Positions 49,985 through 63,939 of a DNA stretch of 64,000 bases are shown one piece after another (positions within the stretch are counted from its first letter, which is position 1; each line of letters opens with the position of its first letter). The position numbers and the translations under genes were made by a program. The DNA lies in the sequence record NZ_CP011600.1; one strand, given 5' to 3'. The notes under the pieces are model-generated. The model made no database searches. It was not told the DNA's origin and was given only the letters and a program-made list of their open reading frames with translations. Source of the stretch: a plasmid.

Positions 49985-52900
49985 TTATGACACGCTTTTT
50001 TTATGTCTGCGCAGCCAGATTAATTTGTAGGCGGCAGGAATTATGAACAGGGACAGCAGCGGAGCCGTGATCATCCCACCAATCATGGGTGCCGCGATAC
50101 GGCTCATGACTTCTGAACCTGCACCGGTTCCCCAGAGTATTGGCAGCAGACCCGCAATGATCACCGCCACGGTCATGGCTTTCGGCCGGACACGCAGCAC
50201 GGCACCATGATAGAGGGCTTCATCAAGACCTTCCGGTGTGAACGTCTCTTTACGGGACAATTCCGGGTGCACTTCAATGGCATGACGCAGATACATCAGC
50301 ATGACCACGCCAAACTCTGCTGCCACCCCGGCCAGAGCGATAAACCCCGTTCCGGTTGCGACAGACATATGGAAGCCCTGCCAGTACAGGAACCATATCC
50401 CGCCAACCAGGGCGAACGGCAGGCTCATCAGGATCAGCAGGGCTTCATCAACCCGGCGGAATGCCAGATACAACAGGATGAAGATGATCATCACCGTCAT
50501 CGGCACCATCAGCTTCAGTTTCTTGTTGGCATGCTCAAGCAGTTCAAACTGTCCGGAGAATGACACGCTGGTACCCGGTCTCAGTTTCACTTTCTGACTG
50601 ATCGCCGTTTTAATGTCATTAACCACCGACACCATATCCCTGCCGCGCGCGTCAATGTAAATCCAGCTGGCTGGACGGGCATTTTCCGTTTTCAGCATAG
50701 TCGGCCCGGAAACGACCTTAATATCCGCAACATCGCCCAGCGTGATCTGCTGCTTCATCGGGGTCAGGATCGGCATCTGTTTCAGGGCCTGCGGGCTGTT
50801 CCGGTAATCCTGCGGATAGCGGATATTAATCGGGTACCGGGCCACGCCTTCAACCGTTTCCCCTACCGTCGCGCCGCCGATGGCTGATGAGATGAACAGC
50901 TGCACATCGCCCACCGTCATTCCGTAGCGGGAGGCTTTTTCCCGGTTGATATCCACATCAATGTAGCGCCCGCCTTCCAGTCGCTCTGCGAGAGCAGACA
51001 CTACGCCGGGTACGGTTTTGGCGACCGCTTCGATACTCTGCGCCGTTGCATCGATATCGGACAGAACCGTTCCGGACACCTTGATACCTATCGGGCTTTT
51101 GATCCCGGTTGAGAGCATATCAATACGGTTACGGATTGGCGGCACCCAGAGGTTTGCCAGCCCCGGTAAACGGACGGTCCTGTCGAGTTCTTCAATAATC
51201 TTGTCAATCGTCATGCCTGGACGCCACTGATCCTCAGGTTTGAGCTGGATCGTGGTTTCAACCATTTCGAGCGGTGCGGAATCCGTGGCGGTCTCTGCTT
51301 TACCGGTCTTGCCAAATACAGAGGCCACTTCAGGAACGCTTTTGATTAACTTGTCCGTCGTCTGCAGGAGCGCTGCAGCTTCAGCCGGAGAGACACCCGG
51401 CAGGGTCGACGGCATATACAACAGGTCGCCCTCGTTAATCTTCGGCAGAAACTCACCGCCCACCTGGCTCAGTGGCCAGATAACGGTGAAAATGGACAAG
51501 GCCGCAACCAGCAGGGTTGTTTTTGGCCAGTGGAGAACCCGCAACAGCAATGGATGATACGCTTTGATCAGTACCCGGTTCAGGGGGTTACTGGTCTCTG
51601 CAGGAATTTTCCCCCGGATCCAGAATCCCATCAGAATCGGAATGACGATGATGGCCAGCGCGGCCGCGCCCGCCATGGAGTACGTTTTCGTGAATGCCAG
51701 CGGGCCAAACAGACGTCCTTCCTGACCTTCCAGGGTAAAGATAGGAATAAAGGACAGGGTGATGATCAGCAGGCTGATAAACAGTGCGGGTCCCACTTCA
51801 ACGGAGGCATCGGTAATCACCTTCCAGCGGGTGGCGTTGTCAATCTGCTCACCCGGATGCTGATGATCCCACTCCTCAAGCCGCTTATGCGCATTCTCAA
51901 TCATCACAATGGCGGCATCCACCATCGCACCGACGGCAATCGCTATCCCTCCCAGCGACATGATATTGGCGTTCAGTCCCTGGAAGTGCATGACGATAAA
52001 GGCGATACACAGACCAAGCGGCAGAGAGATAATCGCCACCAGGGCAGAACGTACGTGCCACAGGAACAGGGCACAGACGATGGCCACCACGATAAACTCT
52101 TCCAGAAGTTTGGAACTGAGGTTATCAATCGCCCGGTCGATTAACTGGCTGCGATCGTAGGTGGTCACGATTTCAACGCCTTCAGGCAGGCTGGCCTTCA
52201 GCGTCTCAAGTTTATCCCTCACTGCCGTGATAACGTCGCGCGCATTTTTACCCGATCGCAGGATCACCACGCCGCCTGCAACTTCTCCCTGGCCGTTCAG
52301 CTCGGCAATACCACGCCGCATTTCGGGCCCGGTCTGCACGCGGGCAACATCCCGCAGATAAACCGGCACGCCGTTCTCGCCTGTTTTCAGGACGATGTTA
52401 TTAAAATCGTCGATGCTCTGAAGATAACCGCTGGCACGGACCATATACTCCGCTTCGGCCATTTCAACGGATGAGCCACCGGCCTCCTGGTTAGACGATT
52501 CAAGGGCCTGTTTTACTTCGGGCAGGCTGATACCGTACTGGGACAGTTTTACCGGATTGACCTGAATCTGGTACTGTTTCACCACGCCGCCAACCGAAGC
52601 GACCTCAGCCACGTTCGGGATGGTTTTCAGCTCAAATTTCAGGAACCAGTCCTGCAGAGAACGCAGTTCTGAAAGGTCGTGTTTTCCGCTGCGATCGACA
52701 AGGGCATATTCAAAAATCCAGCCCACACCCGTGGCATCCGGACCGATTTCAGAACTCACCCCGGCGGGCAGTTTTCCCTGAACCTGATTCAGATATTCCA
52801 GCACGCGGGAACGGGCCCAGTACAGATCGGTGCCGTCTTCAAAAATGACATATACATACGAATCACCGAACTGTGAAAAACCACGCACAGTTTTTGCGCC

Positions 52901-53131
52901 AGGTACGGAGAGCATGGTGGTGGTAAGTGGATAGGTGACCTGGTTTTCTACAATCTGCGGGGCCTGGCCGGGATAGCTGGTTTTAATAATGACCTGCACA
53001 TCTGACAGGTCAGGCAAGGCATCGACCGGCGTGTTAATAATCGTCCATGTACCCCAGATGCTGAGAAACAGGGCCCCCATCATGACCAGGAAACGGTTGG
53101 CGACAGAGCGCCGGATAATCCATTCAATCAT
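49985..53131 (-). CDS. silA: RND heavy-metal efflux pump SilA/CusA, 1048 aa
   Basis: Full-length RND (12 TM, two large periplasmic loops). Colinear with CusA/SilA. Confidence 0.9.
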   Translation of the reverse strand: MIEWIIRRSVANRFLVMMGALFLSIWGTWTIINTPVDALPDLSDVQVIIKTSYPGQAPQIVENQVTYPLTTTMLSVPGAKTVRGFSQFGDSYVYVIFEDGTDLYWARSRVLEYLNQVQGKLPAGVSSEIGPDATGVGWIFEYALVDRSGKHDLSELRSLQDWFLKFELKTIPNVAEVASVGGVVKQYQIQVNPVKLSQYGISLPEVKQALESSNQEAGGSSVEMAEAEYMVRASGYLQSIDDFNNIVLKTGENGVPVYLRDVARVQTGPEMRRGIAELNGQGEVAGGVVILRSGKNARDVITAVRDKLETLKASLPEGVEIVTTYDRSQLIDRAIDNLSSKLLEEFIVVAIVCALFLWHVRSALVAIISLPLGLCIAFIVMHFQGLNANIMSLGGIAIAVGAMVDAAIVMIENAHKRLEEWDHQHPGEQIDNATRWKVITDASVEVGPALFISLLIITLSFIPIFTLEGQEGRLFGPLAFTKTYSMAGAAALAIIVIPILMGFWIRGKIPAETSNPLNRVLIKAYHPLLLRVLHWPKTTLLVAALSIFTVIWPLSQVGGEFLPKINEGDLLYMPSTLPGVSPAEAAALLQTTDKLIKSVPEVASVFGKTGKAETATDSAPLEMVETTIQLKPEDQWRPGMTIDKIIEELDRTVRLPGLANLWVPPIRNRIDMLSTGIKSPIGIKVSGTVLSDIDATAQSIEAVAKTVPGVVSALAERLEGGRYIDVDINREKASRYGMTVGDVQLFISSAIGGATVGETVEGVARYPINIRYPQDYRNSPQALKQMPILTPMKQQITLGDVADIKVVSGPTMLKTENARPASWIYIDARGRDMVSVVNDIKTAISQKVKLRPGTSVSFSGQFELLEHANKKLKLMVPMTVMIIFILLYLAFRRVDEALLILMSLPFALVGGIWFLYWQGFHMSVATGTGFIALAGVAAEFGVVMLMYLRHAIEVHPELSRKETFTPEGLDEALYHGAVLRVRPKAMTVAVIIAGLLPILWGTGAGSEVMSRIAAPMIGGMITAPLLSLFIIPAAYKLIWLRRHKKSVS

Positions 53132-53141
53132 CGTCGTCTCC

Positions 53142-54091
53142 TCAGTGCCCTGAATGCATATTTACAGGCTGGTCAGACATTGCTGGCATACTGCTTTCTG
53201 TTTTTTCAGGATGGCGCATACGTTCCAGCGCGCCCGTAATATTGGCTTCGGAGTCAATGAGGAACAGACCACTGACCACCACGGTATCGCCTTCATTCAG
53301 GCCGGAGCCGATGCCGGACTGTTGTTGTGATTCATGCAGAACGTGGATCTGTTTCGGCACAAACTTGCCTTCATCATCAACAGTAATCACGCGCTGTTCT
53401 TTGCCGGTATCGATAACGGCCTGGCTTGGTATCAGCAGCATCTCCTGGCTCTTGGTATTGAGTTTCAGATAGGCATTCATGCCCGGCTTGAGAAACTCAT
53501 CCTTATTAGAAACCTGGAGACGGACCTGAAGCGTACGGGTTGTCTGATCCACGCTGGGAAGAATGTTCCATTTTTCGACATGGAATGTTTTATCCGGATA
53601 AGCCGGTACCGAAATTTCAAACTGCGACGTATCTTTCAGCAGATAGGCGATAGATTCCGGCACTGCAGCGCTGATCCAGACCGGGTCCATCCCCTGAATC
53701 TGAGCCACCACCTTATCTTTCGAAATATTCATGCCGGTGCGCAGGTCAAATGCAGTAATGACACCATCAATAGGTGCTTTAATGGTAAAACGGGTCTGGA
53801 TTGTGCGGGTTGAACGCAGTCTTTGAATATCCTCTTCCGGCATACCAGCCAGACGAAGTCGCTCCAGAACCCCTTTTATCTGGGTTGGCGTACCGCCTGT
53901 ACCGGATAGCAGCAGGAACTCACTTTGTGCCTCAACCCATTCAGGAATGGTGATATCGATAAGCGGAGTGCCTTTCTTCACATGATCGCCAATCGTCAGG
54001 GGATACACTTTTTCGACGAAACCGTCAGAGCGCGCCTGCACAATGACAAACTGATACTCGTTGTAACTGACATTAGCCGGGATTGTCTGAG
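53142..54091 (-). pseudogene. silB: silB (membrane-fusion protein) lacking about 90 N-terminal codons; 5' end replaced by IS5-family element
   Basis: SilB-like sequence starts at ...QTIPANVSYNEYQFVIVQARS. The first 23 codons of the table ORF are encoded by the IS end. No silC/F/R/S/E upstream. Confidence 0.8.
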
Positions 54092-55287
<1,196 letters not shown>

Positions 55288-55738
55288 TTAGCACAAAATG
55301 CTGCTGTCGAAGCTCTGGAACACTGGTGCGCGCATTAACCAGGCGCTGAGCGATAGGCCAAGAGTGCCAATTTTGCCCGTCAGTTTTCCCGTAACTATGC
55401 TCTTTCTAACGTAACTCTTTACACCATTTGTAAGAAGTTCAATGAAGTCGCTAAAGAAAAATGGTTTGAGCCGCTTGAAGAAGAGACGCACGTTTCTGAA
55501 TACGAATAGCAGAAGCCATACTGAAGCATGAACGTTCGAGATGATATTGAGCTGAAAATATTGACGACAAAGAACAAGCGAGAAGCAGTTATCCTAATAG
55601 TTGCAACTATTAATAAAAATTGAAACACTCAATACTTTTATTCTATGATCTCCATCGCAATTTCTATCAATTTAAATACAATTATCAAAAATCAATTATA
55701 ATGTAATAATAAAACCAATTAATAGCGTTGAGGAAATT

Positions 55739-57411
55739 ATGAGCATAAACCCTATAATAATAAGGCAAAATTTTAAAATCGGCGAATTGGACGCTGAATC
55801 AGACACACTTCTCTTGGAAAACTGTTTTATTGATAGTGGTTATCTTTCTAAACTATTAAACCCATCTGATACATCATCTATAGTTATAGGAAGAACAGGC
55901 GCAGGAAAAAGTGCTTTGTTGCACATGGTGGCAAACAAAGCACATAAATATAAAAAACTTGACCCTAATGATATTTCAATAGGTTTTCTAGAGCATTCAG
56001 ATATAATTTCATTTTTTGAAGAGTTAAATGTTAATCTTGATATGTTTTATAAAGTATTATGGCGACATATTTTAATTATGGAATTATTAAAAATACGCCA
56101 TGACATTAAGAGTGAATCTGATACGAATAGCTTTTTCTCAAACTTGCTTAGCAGGCTAAAAAAGATGAGATAAAACGAAAAGCCCTTGAGTATTTTAGGG
56201 AGTGGGGAGATAAATTTTGGATAGATACTGACACCCATCTTAGGGAAATAACATACAAACTGGAACGTGATACTAAGGCTTCGATTGGCACAGAATACAG
56301 TGCTGTAAATCTTAGTGCTGAATATGCAAAAAAACTAACCGAAGAACAAATACATGATGTTAAGAAACGAGCAAATGAGGTTGTCAGTAGGTTACAGATT
56401 CAAAAACTTAATGAAATACTTTCATTGCTTGCTGAATATTCTTTTGATGACCCACAAAAAAACTATTACATCATTATTGATCAACTGGATGATAACTGGG
56501 CGGAAAATGATACAAGATATAAATTTATAAGAGCGCTAATTGAAGAGATTAAGGTGTTTCGTAAAATTAAAAATATCAAAATAATAGCTGCTTTACGCCT
56601 GGACCTTTTACGATCAGTATTTAATATTACAAGAGGCTCTGGTTTTCAGGAGGAAAAATATGAGTCATATATACTTGATATAAAATGGACCTCTCAACAA
56701 CTAACCGAATTAGTCCAAAAACGAGTGCGAGAGGTATACAAAAGACAATATACTCGAGAAGATGTTACTATTAAAGATATATTTCCAAAAGCAAAGGGGG
56801 GGCATTTAGGCATCACCCCTATTGAATATATAATTGAAAGAACATTATTTCGACCAAGAGACGTTTTACAATACGTGAATGAGTGTTTTAATGTGGCACT
56901 TAACAGAGAAAGAATATCATGGGATTCAATTCATAAAGCGGAGGCAGTCTATTCCTTAAAGCGCCTGAGATCTCTAAAAGAAGAATGGGGGGATATATAC
57001 CCTTCCTTTGAGGAAACAATTGAAATACTGAGAAATCTTCCTGATAAATTTAGTAGAACATCTATGTCAAAAAACACTATAGACGCGGTATTAAGTGAAT
57101 TATCCATTCAAAATACTACTGATCCATGTGCTATTACAGCAAACAAATTTTTAGAAGGAGAATCAAGAGAACAGGATGTCATTAATGAAATAATGCTTTG
57201 TCTTTATACAGTTGGAATTGTAGGTTTCAAGATTAGTAGCCTGACACCTTACAAATGGGCATTCAGAGACAGTACACCAACAACAAAAAATGAAATCAAA
57301 CGTGCCAGTCTGATGAAAATTCATAAGATGCTCCATTCAGCTCTAGATATAAGAATAATTACTGGAAATCGCTATGAACGCGATGATGAGGAAGATATTG
57401 AGTGTTCTTAA
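55739..57411 (+). pseudogene. P-loop NTPase gene (about 559 codons if restored) split by a frameshift in an A6 tract at 56158-56163
   Basis: ORFs 55739-56173 (Walker A GRTGAGKS) and 56164/56425-57411 (Walker-B-like YYIIIDQLDD, about 215 residues downstream) are contiguous if one A is added to the A6 run. 30% GC island. Confidence 0.6.
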
Positions 57412-57494
57412 TTATATTATCTTTTGGTTTATAACATTTTTTGCCAGAAACAAGGATTATTCCCACACACACTAAGAAACTTTACTTTGAAGAT

Positions 57495-57530
57495 GGACGG
57501 ATGACAGCAGGAGCCGTCCTCTTTTCTGTT
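57495..57530 (+). terminator. Intrinsic terminator after the NTPase gene
   Basis: GGACGG-atgacagcaggag-CCGTCC followed by TCTTTTCTGTT. Confidence 0.6.
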
Positions 57531-57603
57531 ACTTACATCCTGACATTCCTCCATTTATCCCAAATATTCAGTACTGGACGCACCTTTGAGTATCATTCAA
57601 ACT

Positions 57604-57627
57604 GATTGTAAGATTTAAACTTACAAT
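57604..57627. promoter_or_regulatory. Palindrome ATTGTAAG-N8-CTTACAAT (candidate ParD operator) overlapping the parD promoter
   Basis: Perfect 8-bp inverted repeat 9 bp upstream of the parD start. Confidence 0.5.
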
Positions 57628-57635
57628 CGTGAGGC

Positions 57636-57908
57636 TTGTATATCGCCAGAACAATAACAGTGGATCTCGGACACGAACTCCGTGACTTCATAGAATATCT
57701 CATTGAATCAGGTGATTATCGTACGCAGAGTGAGGTGATCCGCGAGTCACTTCGTCTCCTTCGCGAGAAACAGGCAGAATCACGTCTCCAGACCCTGCGG
57801 AATTTACTGGCAGAAGGCCTGAGCAGCGGCGAGCCTGTGGTGTGGGAAAAGGACACGTTCCTGAAAAAAGTTAAAGCAGGCACAAAGCCTGCCGGTGAAA
57901 AACGTTAA
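57636..57908 (+). CDS. parD: ParD-family (RHH, COG3609) antitoxin, 90 aa, TTG start
   Basis: ...ARTITVDLGHELRDFIEYLIESGDYRTQSEVIRESLRLLREKQ... matches ParD antitoxin pattern. Intact. Confidence 0.65.
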   Translation: MYIARTITVDLGHELRDFIEYLIESGDYRTQSEVIRESLRLLREKQAESRLQTLRNLLAEGLSSGEPVVWEKDTFLKKVKAGTKPAGEKR

Positions 57909-58225
57909 ACTCACACCTAAAGCCAGTCAGGATCTTGAGGATATCTGGTATTACGGCTACCACCATTTTCGGTGAGGAGAGGGCCGACAGATATATTAAT
58001 CAGCTCTCCGCTTTTTTTTTGTTTTGGAGTGCTCATAATATCGGTACTCCCCGTCCTGAACTGGGGGAATACATATTGGCACTACCCGTTGAATGACATA
58101 TGCTTTATTTTCTGCAGACTGATACTGAAATTATTATTATCCGTATATTAAGTCAGCATCAGGATGCCGGCCGTCATCTCAACTGGGCAGTAGTCGGCAA
58201 CCACATTGCGCTGCGTGAAAACTGA
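57895..58225 (+). pseudogene. parE: ParE-family toxin gene with a +1 frameshift near 57970 and an in-frame TGA at 58094-58096
   Basis: Segments KNVKLTPKASQDLEDIWYYGYHHF (frame A), GEERADRYINQLSAFFLFWSAHNIGTPRPELGEYILALPVE* and HMLYFLQTDTEIIIIRILSQHQDAGRHL (frame B) together match ParE. GTG start overlaps parD. Confidence 0.6.
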
Positions 58226-58556
58226 CAGGGTTACAGGGGTGTACCAGGTCAGAATTCACGTAGCGCATCCTCCCCTTCCCTGCTCCCTTCCTTTTTTTGT
58301 TCGATCCTGTTTGTCCTGGCATTACCCCAATTCTCCCAAAAACCGTAAAACAGCCATCAACCCGCGTCATTACTGGCTTCATGGAGGATCTGAGCAGAAA
58401 AAGGATCCTTTACGTATTTGGTTTTACCCGCAATAATGCGGGATAAGACAACAAAAGGATCCGCGCGCTGCGATTTATTGTCATGGCAGGATCGGCCCGT
58501 CAGGTGCAAAATACCTGTATCCATAAACAGTGCGTGCGCTACGTGAAAAATAACTC

Positions 58557-59297
58557 ATGAACAGCATCATTCCCTTGCAGAATTCACCAGAACGCGTCTC
58601 CCTGCTGCCGATCGCCCCGGGCGTTGATTTTGCGACCGCGGTGGCACTCCGGCGGATGGCCACCTCAACAGGTGCCACGCCGGCTTACCTCCTGGCGCCG
58701 GAAGTGAGCGCCCTCCTCTGGTATATGCCTGACCAGCGTCACCACATGTTGTTCGCCACCATGTGGAATACCGGGATCCGTATCGGTGAAGCCCGGACGC
58801 TCACCCCGGAATCGTTCGACCTGGATGGTCTGCGCCCTTTTGTTCGGGTGCTGTCGGAAAAAGTGCGGGCACGTCGTGGCCGGCCGCCAAAAGATGAAGT
58901 GCGTCTGGTACCGCTGACGGATGCCAGTTTTGTGCGTCAGATGGAAAGCTGGATGGTCACCACCCGCCCCCGCCGGCGTGAGCCGTTATGGCCGGTCACG
59001 GATGAGACAATGCGCAACTGGCTGAAACAGGCGGTGAAGCGGGCTGAAGCTGACGGCGTGCATTTTTCGATCCCCGTGACGCCGCATACTTTCCGTCACA
59101 GCTATATTATGCACATGCTTTATCACCGGCAGCCCAGGAAGGTCATCCAGGCACTGGCCGGGCATAAGGATCCGCGCTCGATGGAAGTCTATACCCGGGT
59201 ATTTGCGCTGGACATGGCTGCCACCCTGGCCGTTCCCTTTACCGGTGATGGGCGAGATGCCGCGGAGATCCTTCGCTCCCTGCCCCCGGCCGGCTGA
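58557..59297 (+). CDS. Tyrosine site-specific recombinase (phage-integrase family), 246 aa
   Basis: Box II HTFRHSY...AGH...EVYTRV with catalytic Tyr. Adjacent to RepFIB replicon as in F-like plasmids. Confidence 0.75.
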   Translation: MNSIIPLQNSPERVSLLPIAPGVDFATAVALRRMATSTGATPAYLLAPEVSALLWYMPDQRHHMLFATMWNTGIRIGEARTLTPESFDLDGLRPFVRVLSEKVRARRGRPPKDEVRLVPLTDASFVRQMESWMVTTRPRRREPLWPVTDETMRNWLKQAVKRAEADGVHFSIPVTPHTFRHSYIMHMLYHRQPRKVIQALAGHKDPRSMEVYTRVFALDMAATLAVPFTGDGRDAAEILRSLPPAG

Positions 59298-59824
59298 GAT
59301 TGACGGCCCTGGCATGACGTCCTGTATTCCGCTAATACGAAATACAGGAGCAGAGCGCATTCAGTGCCCCTCCCTGCTCCAGCACACCAGGACATCATTC
59401 GGATGACTGAACAGCCGTGGTCTTGCACGGTGACCTGCAAGCCTGCAGGCATCGACATACCGCAGACAAGACAGGACACAGGCCGTACATCCCACAGTGT
59501 ATTGTTTCCTGAAAGCTCAGTGAATCATCCCGTTAATTGCGAAAGTCATTCACCCCTGTGGCTCACTCCCTTCTGCCATCGGTCTCCTGTTCGCATTTAG
59601 CAGTGTGAAGCTGGCGCCGGGTTATACAGACAGCTGCAGTCTCATCCTGCCGGGCTAAACCTGCAATACACAGGGGAACGGATACCGTCAGGTAACATGA
59701 CCGTCTCAGCATCCGATTGAGATTTTCGTAAGGGGTATAGAGCTTTACTGAAAAATTGACTGTGGCATGTTAACACGTGTGGAGCAGTGCACAGACCTGG
59801 GAATATCGCCGTTAAACCCGCATA

Positions 59825-60000
59825 CCGTAGTCAATATCTGCGTATCACGGCCTGAAATCACATATGACAGTCAATATTGTTCGATCATGGCAGACATGAT
59901 GGAGAACACATATTGACTGCGGTATGCGTGATGCATATCACAGTCAATGGAATGTCCTTAGCGGCATCCGGCAGTCATGTTATGCATATCGCAGTCAATT
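59825..60000. repeat. Iteron cluster (core CAGTCAAT / ATTGACTG) downstream of repA
   Basis: At least five spaced copies in both orientations. Confidence 0.65.
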
Positions 60001-61017
60001 TTCTGGCTTCATCGCTGAGAGAGCTTCGGCCAGTTTAAGGGGATCGATGCCAGCAGCCTTCAGCGCCTTAATGACTTCGTCATAATTTTGCTCTGGCGCC
60101 TTCTCTTCTTCCTCTTTGCGCGGAACCTTCACAGGACCACTGATGAGTTTGGGGTTGCGATAATGCACGCTGAAATAGGTGGCTCGGCCACGTTTAAACT
60201 CAGTGTAATCCAGATAACCAATATCCCGCAGCTGCTCCATCGCCTTACGCACCGTGTGGTTCTGCGTATAGACATTTGAGGTGAGATTCAGCCGGTCACG
60301 CATCCGTTTCATGGAAATAGGTGCAGGATTCTGGGGAAGACTTTCGATGTAGGTATAAAGCGCCTGGGCTGATTCCTTGCGCTGCAGGGCGTCAATGGCT
60401 TTCAGCCGCAGCAGTACCCTTCTGTCCATGTGGTAAAGCTCAAACAGCTTAGGTTCAGCCTTGATATCAACGATATCCTCGTTGATATCATAATAGGCTG
60501 ACTGCACCAGATGGGTGGTCCATCCTTTGGTCTCGCTCTGGAACTTCAGCGTAACCGAGGCGAGTTTAAACAGGGAATTACTGATGCGATCGCGCATTTT
60601 TTTGTTTGAACGACGGGAGTCAAATCCGCACATCTTAACGAATTCGACGAACGACAGTTCCAGGGTGTCACTTTTTACCCCATACTCCGACATGGAGCGA
60701 ATTATCCCCAGCCAGACTTTAAAATCCGTGTCCATATCAAGACGCGAACCGGTGATCTTAACGTCAGTGTATCCTTCGCTTTTGGCAATGGACAGCTGTA
60801 CAAGCTCCTCAGTCGCGTCTGTAACGTTTTTCCGGTTCGCCTTGCTCTTCCCTGTTGATTTCAGAGTTGGGACGAAGAGACCGAGTCTCATGAGCGCTAC
60901 TGGCTGCACGGTACTGGTGCTGTTGACATCCAGCTTAACAACTTCACCGGTTGTCTTATCAACCTCCTGAAGGTTCAGAAGTAAGCTGTTATTTTCGCTC
61001 GTCATCTTGATCCTCAA
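59995..61017 (-). CDS. repA: RepFIB-type iteron-binding replication initiator (Rep_3 family), 340 aa
   Basis: Flanked by iteron arrays on both sides. DnaA box TTATCCACA immediately upstream (61021-61029). Typical RepFIB layout. Confidence 0.8.
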   Translation of the reverse strand: MRIKMTSENNSLLLNLQEVDKTTGEVVKLDVNSTSTVQPVALMRLGLFVPTLKSTGKSKANRKNVTDATEELVQLSIAKSEGYTDVKITGSRLDMDTDFKVWLGIIRSMSEYGVKSDTLELSFVEFVKMCGFDSRRSNKKMRDRISNSLFKLASVTLKFQSETKGWTTHLVQSAYYDINEDIVDIKAEPKLFELYHMDRRVLLRLKAIDALQRKESAQALYTYIESLPQNPAPISMKRMRDRLNLTSNVYTQNHTVRKAMEQLRDIGYLDYTEFKRGRATYFSVHYRNPKLISGPVKVPRKEEEEKAPEQNYDEVIKALKAAGIDPLKLAEALSAMKPEN

Positions 61018-61020
61018 CGG

Positions 61021-61465
61021 TTATCCACAAAAGGATGTAGTAATACGTATCGCAGTCAACGGATATACATACCTCAGTAAATACCGTTGCATATCACAGT
61101 ATTAGATTATGCATATAACAGTCAACATTTTACATTCCACAGTCGATCCAGACAGACGTTAAAGCCAGTTACAGCGCATGCTGGAGCGATCCGGGGATCT
61201 CTTTTGGATCTCATTATGATCTCCTTGGGATCAATTATTGGATCGAGACCATGAATAACCCAGATACAAGCCCGGAAGCGCCACACCAGATATCCAGAAC
61301 CCTGGCCTTATTTTCCTGAATACGCTCTGGAAGATTGAGATCTACAGGTACAACAATGAAACATTGACTGCGGTATGCTGAGTCGTCTTTCCTCTTCCTC
61401 GACACAGATGCGGTAAGCATCATACCATAGTCAATATATTACATACCGCAGTCAATTTCATTATT
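61021..61465. repeat. Upstream RepFIB control region: DnaA box plus iterons (CAGTCAAC/AGTCAAT family)
   Basis: TTATCCACA at 61021. Iterons at about 61052, 61120, 61140, 61366, 61428 and 61450. Confidence 0.6.
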
Positions 61466-61746
61466 ACTGGCTGATCCCGAGCCATCTTTAGCAACCCGAC
61501 GTACGTGCAATCTGTGAATTCTGTGATTTTCCGCTTCCTCGCCGCTTTCTCACTGTGTGAGATCGCTTACTGCGGCGAGCGGCAGTGATTAATATTGCCT
61601 GCGGTATGTACTCTTTTGTAATCCCCTGCGTTCTTTCATTACCCAATGTGGTTCACTTTGCACTTTTTCGTGTACTTTGCGATTTTATTGTTGCTTTGCA
61701 ATGAATTCCAAGATTTAATAAAATAATGCAAAGTGATGATTAAAGG

Positions 61747-62922
61747 ATGTTCAGTATGGGACTCATGGATACACTCAACCAGTGCATAAGTGCTGGTCAT
61801 GAAATGACGAAAGCAATCGCCATTGCACAGTTTAATGATGACAGTCCGGAAGCCCGGAAAATAACCCGGCGCTGGAGGATTGGTGAAGCGGCAGATTTAG
61901 TTGGCGTGTCATCTCAGGCTATCAGGGATGCCGAGAAAGCTGGCCGGCTGCCGCACCCTGATATGGAAACCCGTGGGAGAGTTGAGCAACGCGTTGGTTA
62001 TACCATCGAACAAATCAATCACATGCGGGATGTATTTGGTACACGACTGCGCCGTGCTGAAGATGCGTTTCCGCCGGTGATTGGCGTTGCAGCTCACAAA
62101 GGTGGTGTTTACAAAACCTCAGTATCCGTTCACCTGGCTCAGGATCTTGCTCTGAAAGGACTCCGTGTTCTGCTTGTTGAAGGCAATGACCCACAGGGAA
62201 CTGCTTCTATGTATCACGGATGGGTGCCCGATCTTCATATTCATGCTGAGGACACTCTCCTGCCCTTTTATCTTGGGGAAAAGGATGACGCCAGCTACGC
62301 TATAAAGCCCACCTGCTGGCCTGGCCTTGATATCATCCCGTCCTGTCTGGCACTGCACCGCATTGAAACCGAGCTGATGGGGAAATTTGACGAAGGCAAA
62401 TTACCTGCTGACCCGCACCTGATGCTCCGTCTGGCCATTGAAACTGTCGCTCATGATTATGACGTGATAGTTATCGACAGCGCACCCAACCTTGGTATCG
62501 GTACGATAAATGTTGTATGCGCTGCTGATGTTCTGATTGTCCCTACTCCGGCAGAGCTGTTCGACTACACCTCCGCACTGCAGTTTTTCGATATGCTTCG
62601 TGACCTGCTTAAGAACGTGGATCTTAAAGGCTTCGAGCCAGATGTCCGTATTCTGCTTACCAAATACAGTAATAATAATGGCTCGCAGTCCCCGTGGATG
62701 GAAGAACAAATTCGGGATGCCTGGGGAAGCATGGTCCTTAAAAATGTTGTGCGCGAAACGGATGAAGTCGGCAAAGGTCAGATCCGTATGAGAACCGTTT
62801 TTGAACAGGCTATTGATCAACGTTCTTCAACCGGTGCCTGGCGTAATGCCCTCTCTATCTGGGAGCCTGTTTGCAATGAGATTTTTGATCGTCTGATTAA
62901 ACCACGCTGGGAGATTAGATAA
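61747..62922 (+). CDS. sopA: SopA (ParA-type partition ATPase, type Ia)
   Basis: 391 aa, near-identical in pattern to F-plasmid SopA. Deviant Walker A KGGVYKTS. Confidence 0.95.
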   Translation: MFSMGLMDTLNQCISAGHEMTKAIAIAQFNDDSPEARKITRRWRIGEAADLVGVSSQAIRDAEKAGRLPHPDMETRGRVEQRVGYTIEQINHMRDVFGTRLRRAEDAFPPVIGVAAHKGGVYKTSVSVHLAQDLALKGLRVLLVEGNDPQGTASMYHGWVPDLHIHAEDTLLPFYLGEKDDASYAIKPTCWPGLDIIPSCLALHRIETELMGKFDEGKLPADPHLMLRLAIETVAHDYDVIVIDSAPNLGIGTINVVCAADVLIVPTPAELFDYTSALQFFDMLRDLLKNVDLKGFEPDVRILLTKYSNNNGSQSPWMEEQIRDAWGSMVLKNVVRETDEVGKGQIRMRTVFEQAIDQRSSTGAWRNALSIWEPVCNEIFDRLIKPRWEIR

Positions 62923-63893
62923 TGAAGCGTGCTCCTGTCATTCCAAGACATACCACACATACTCAATCGACTGAAGATACTTCATCACCGGCGCCGGCCG
63001 CGCCGATGGTGGATTCATTAATTGCGCGCGTGGGTGCTATGGCCCGCGGTAATGCAATCTCTCTTCCGGTAAGTGGACGGGAAGTAAAATTTACCCTTGA
63101 GGTGCTCCGGGGAGACTCTGTTGAGAGCGCTTCACGCGTATGGTCAGGCAATGAGCGCGATCAGGAACTACTTACCGAAGATGCTCTGGATGATCTCATT
63201 CCTTCATTTTTACTGACCGGTCAGCAGACTCCAGCTTTCGGCCGCCGGGTTTCTGATGTCATAGAAATTGCAGACGGCAGCCGTCGCCGTAAAGCCGCAA
63301 TCCTGACGGAAAGTGATTATCGCGTTCTGGTTGGTGAACTGGACGATGAGCAGATGGCTGCATTGTCCCGACTGGGTAACGATTATCGGCCGACGAGTGC
63401 TTATGAACGTGGCCTGCGTTATACAAGCCGGCTGCAGAATGAGTTTGCAGGAAATATTTCTGCGCTTGCCGATGCGGAAAACATTTCACGTAAGATCATT
63501 ACCCGCTGTATTAATACGGCCAAACTGCCTAAATCCGTTGTTGCCCTGTTTGCACATCCTGGAGAACTGTCTGCCCGGTCAGGTGAAGCCCTTCAGAAGG
63601 CTTTTGCAGATAAAGAAGAATTACTGAAGCAGCAGGCTGAGACTCTCCACGATCAGAAGAAAGCGGGACTAATCTTTGAAGCTGAAGAGGTCATTAGTCT
63701 TTTAACATCCGTACTGAAACAATCTCCCGCATCAAGAGTTAATCTGAGCTCACGTCATCAGTTTGCTCCAGGGGCAACAGCATTGTATAAGGGCGATAAA
63801 ATGGTGCTTAACCTGGATAAGTCCCGCATTCCTGCGGAGTGTATAGAGAAAATAGAAGCCATTCTTAAGGAGCTTGAGAAACCAGGAGTCTGA
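62922..63893 (+). CDS. sopB: SopB (ParB-type centromere-binding protein)
   Basis: 323 aa, colinear with F SopB. Overlaps sopA stop. Confidence 0.95.
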   Translation: MKRAPVIPRHTTHTQSTEDTSSPAPAAPMVDSLIARVGAMARGNAISLPVSGREVKFTLEVLRGDSVESASRVWSGNERDQELLTEDALDDLIPSFLLTGQQTPAFGRRVSDVIEIADGSRRRKAAILTESDYRVLVGELDDEQMAALSRLGNDYRPTSAYERGLRYTSRLQNEFAGNISALADAENISRKIITRCINTAKLPKSVVALFAHPGELSARSGEALQKAFADKEELLKQQAETLHDQKKAGLIFEAEEVISLLTSVLKQSPASRVNLSSRHQFAPGATALYKGDKMVLNLDKSRIPAECIEKIEAILKELEKPGV

Positions 63894-63939
63894 TGCGGAC
63901 ACGCATTAGTCTACGGTGATCTCCCTTTACTTCATTTCC

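Noticed and set aside
58011-58020. T9 homopolymer in parE suspected as a frameshift site
   Set aside because: Re-reading codon by codon shows the ParE frame passes through the T9 run intact (SAFFLFWSAH). The real lesions are near 57970 and the TGA at 58094.
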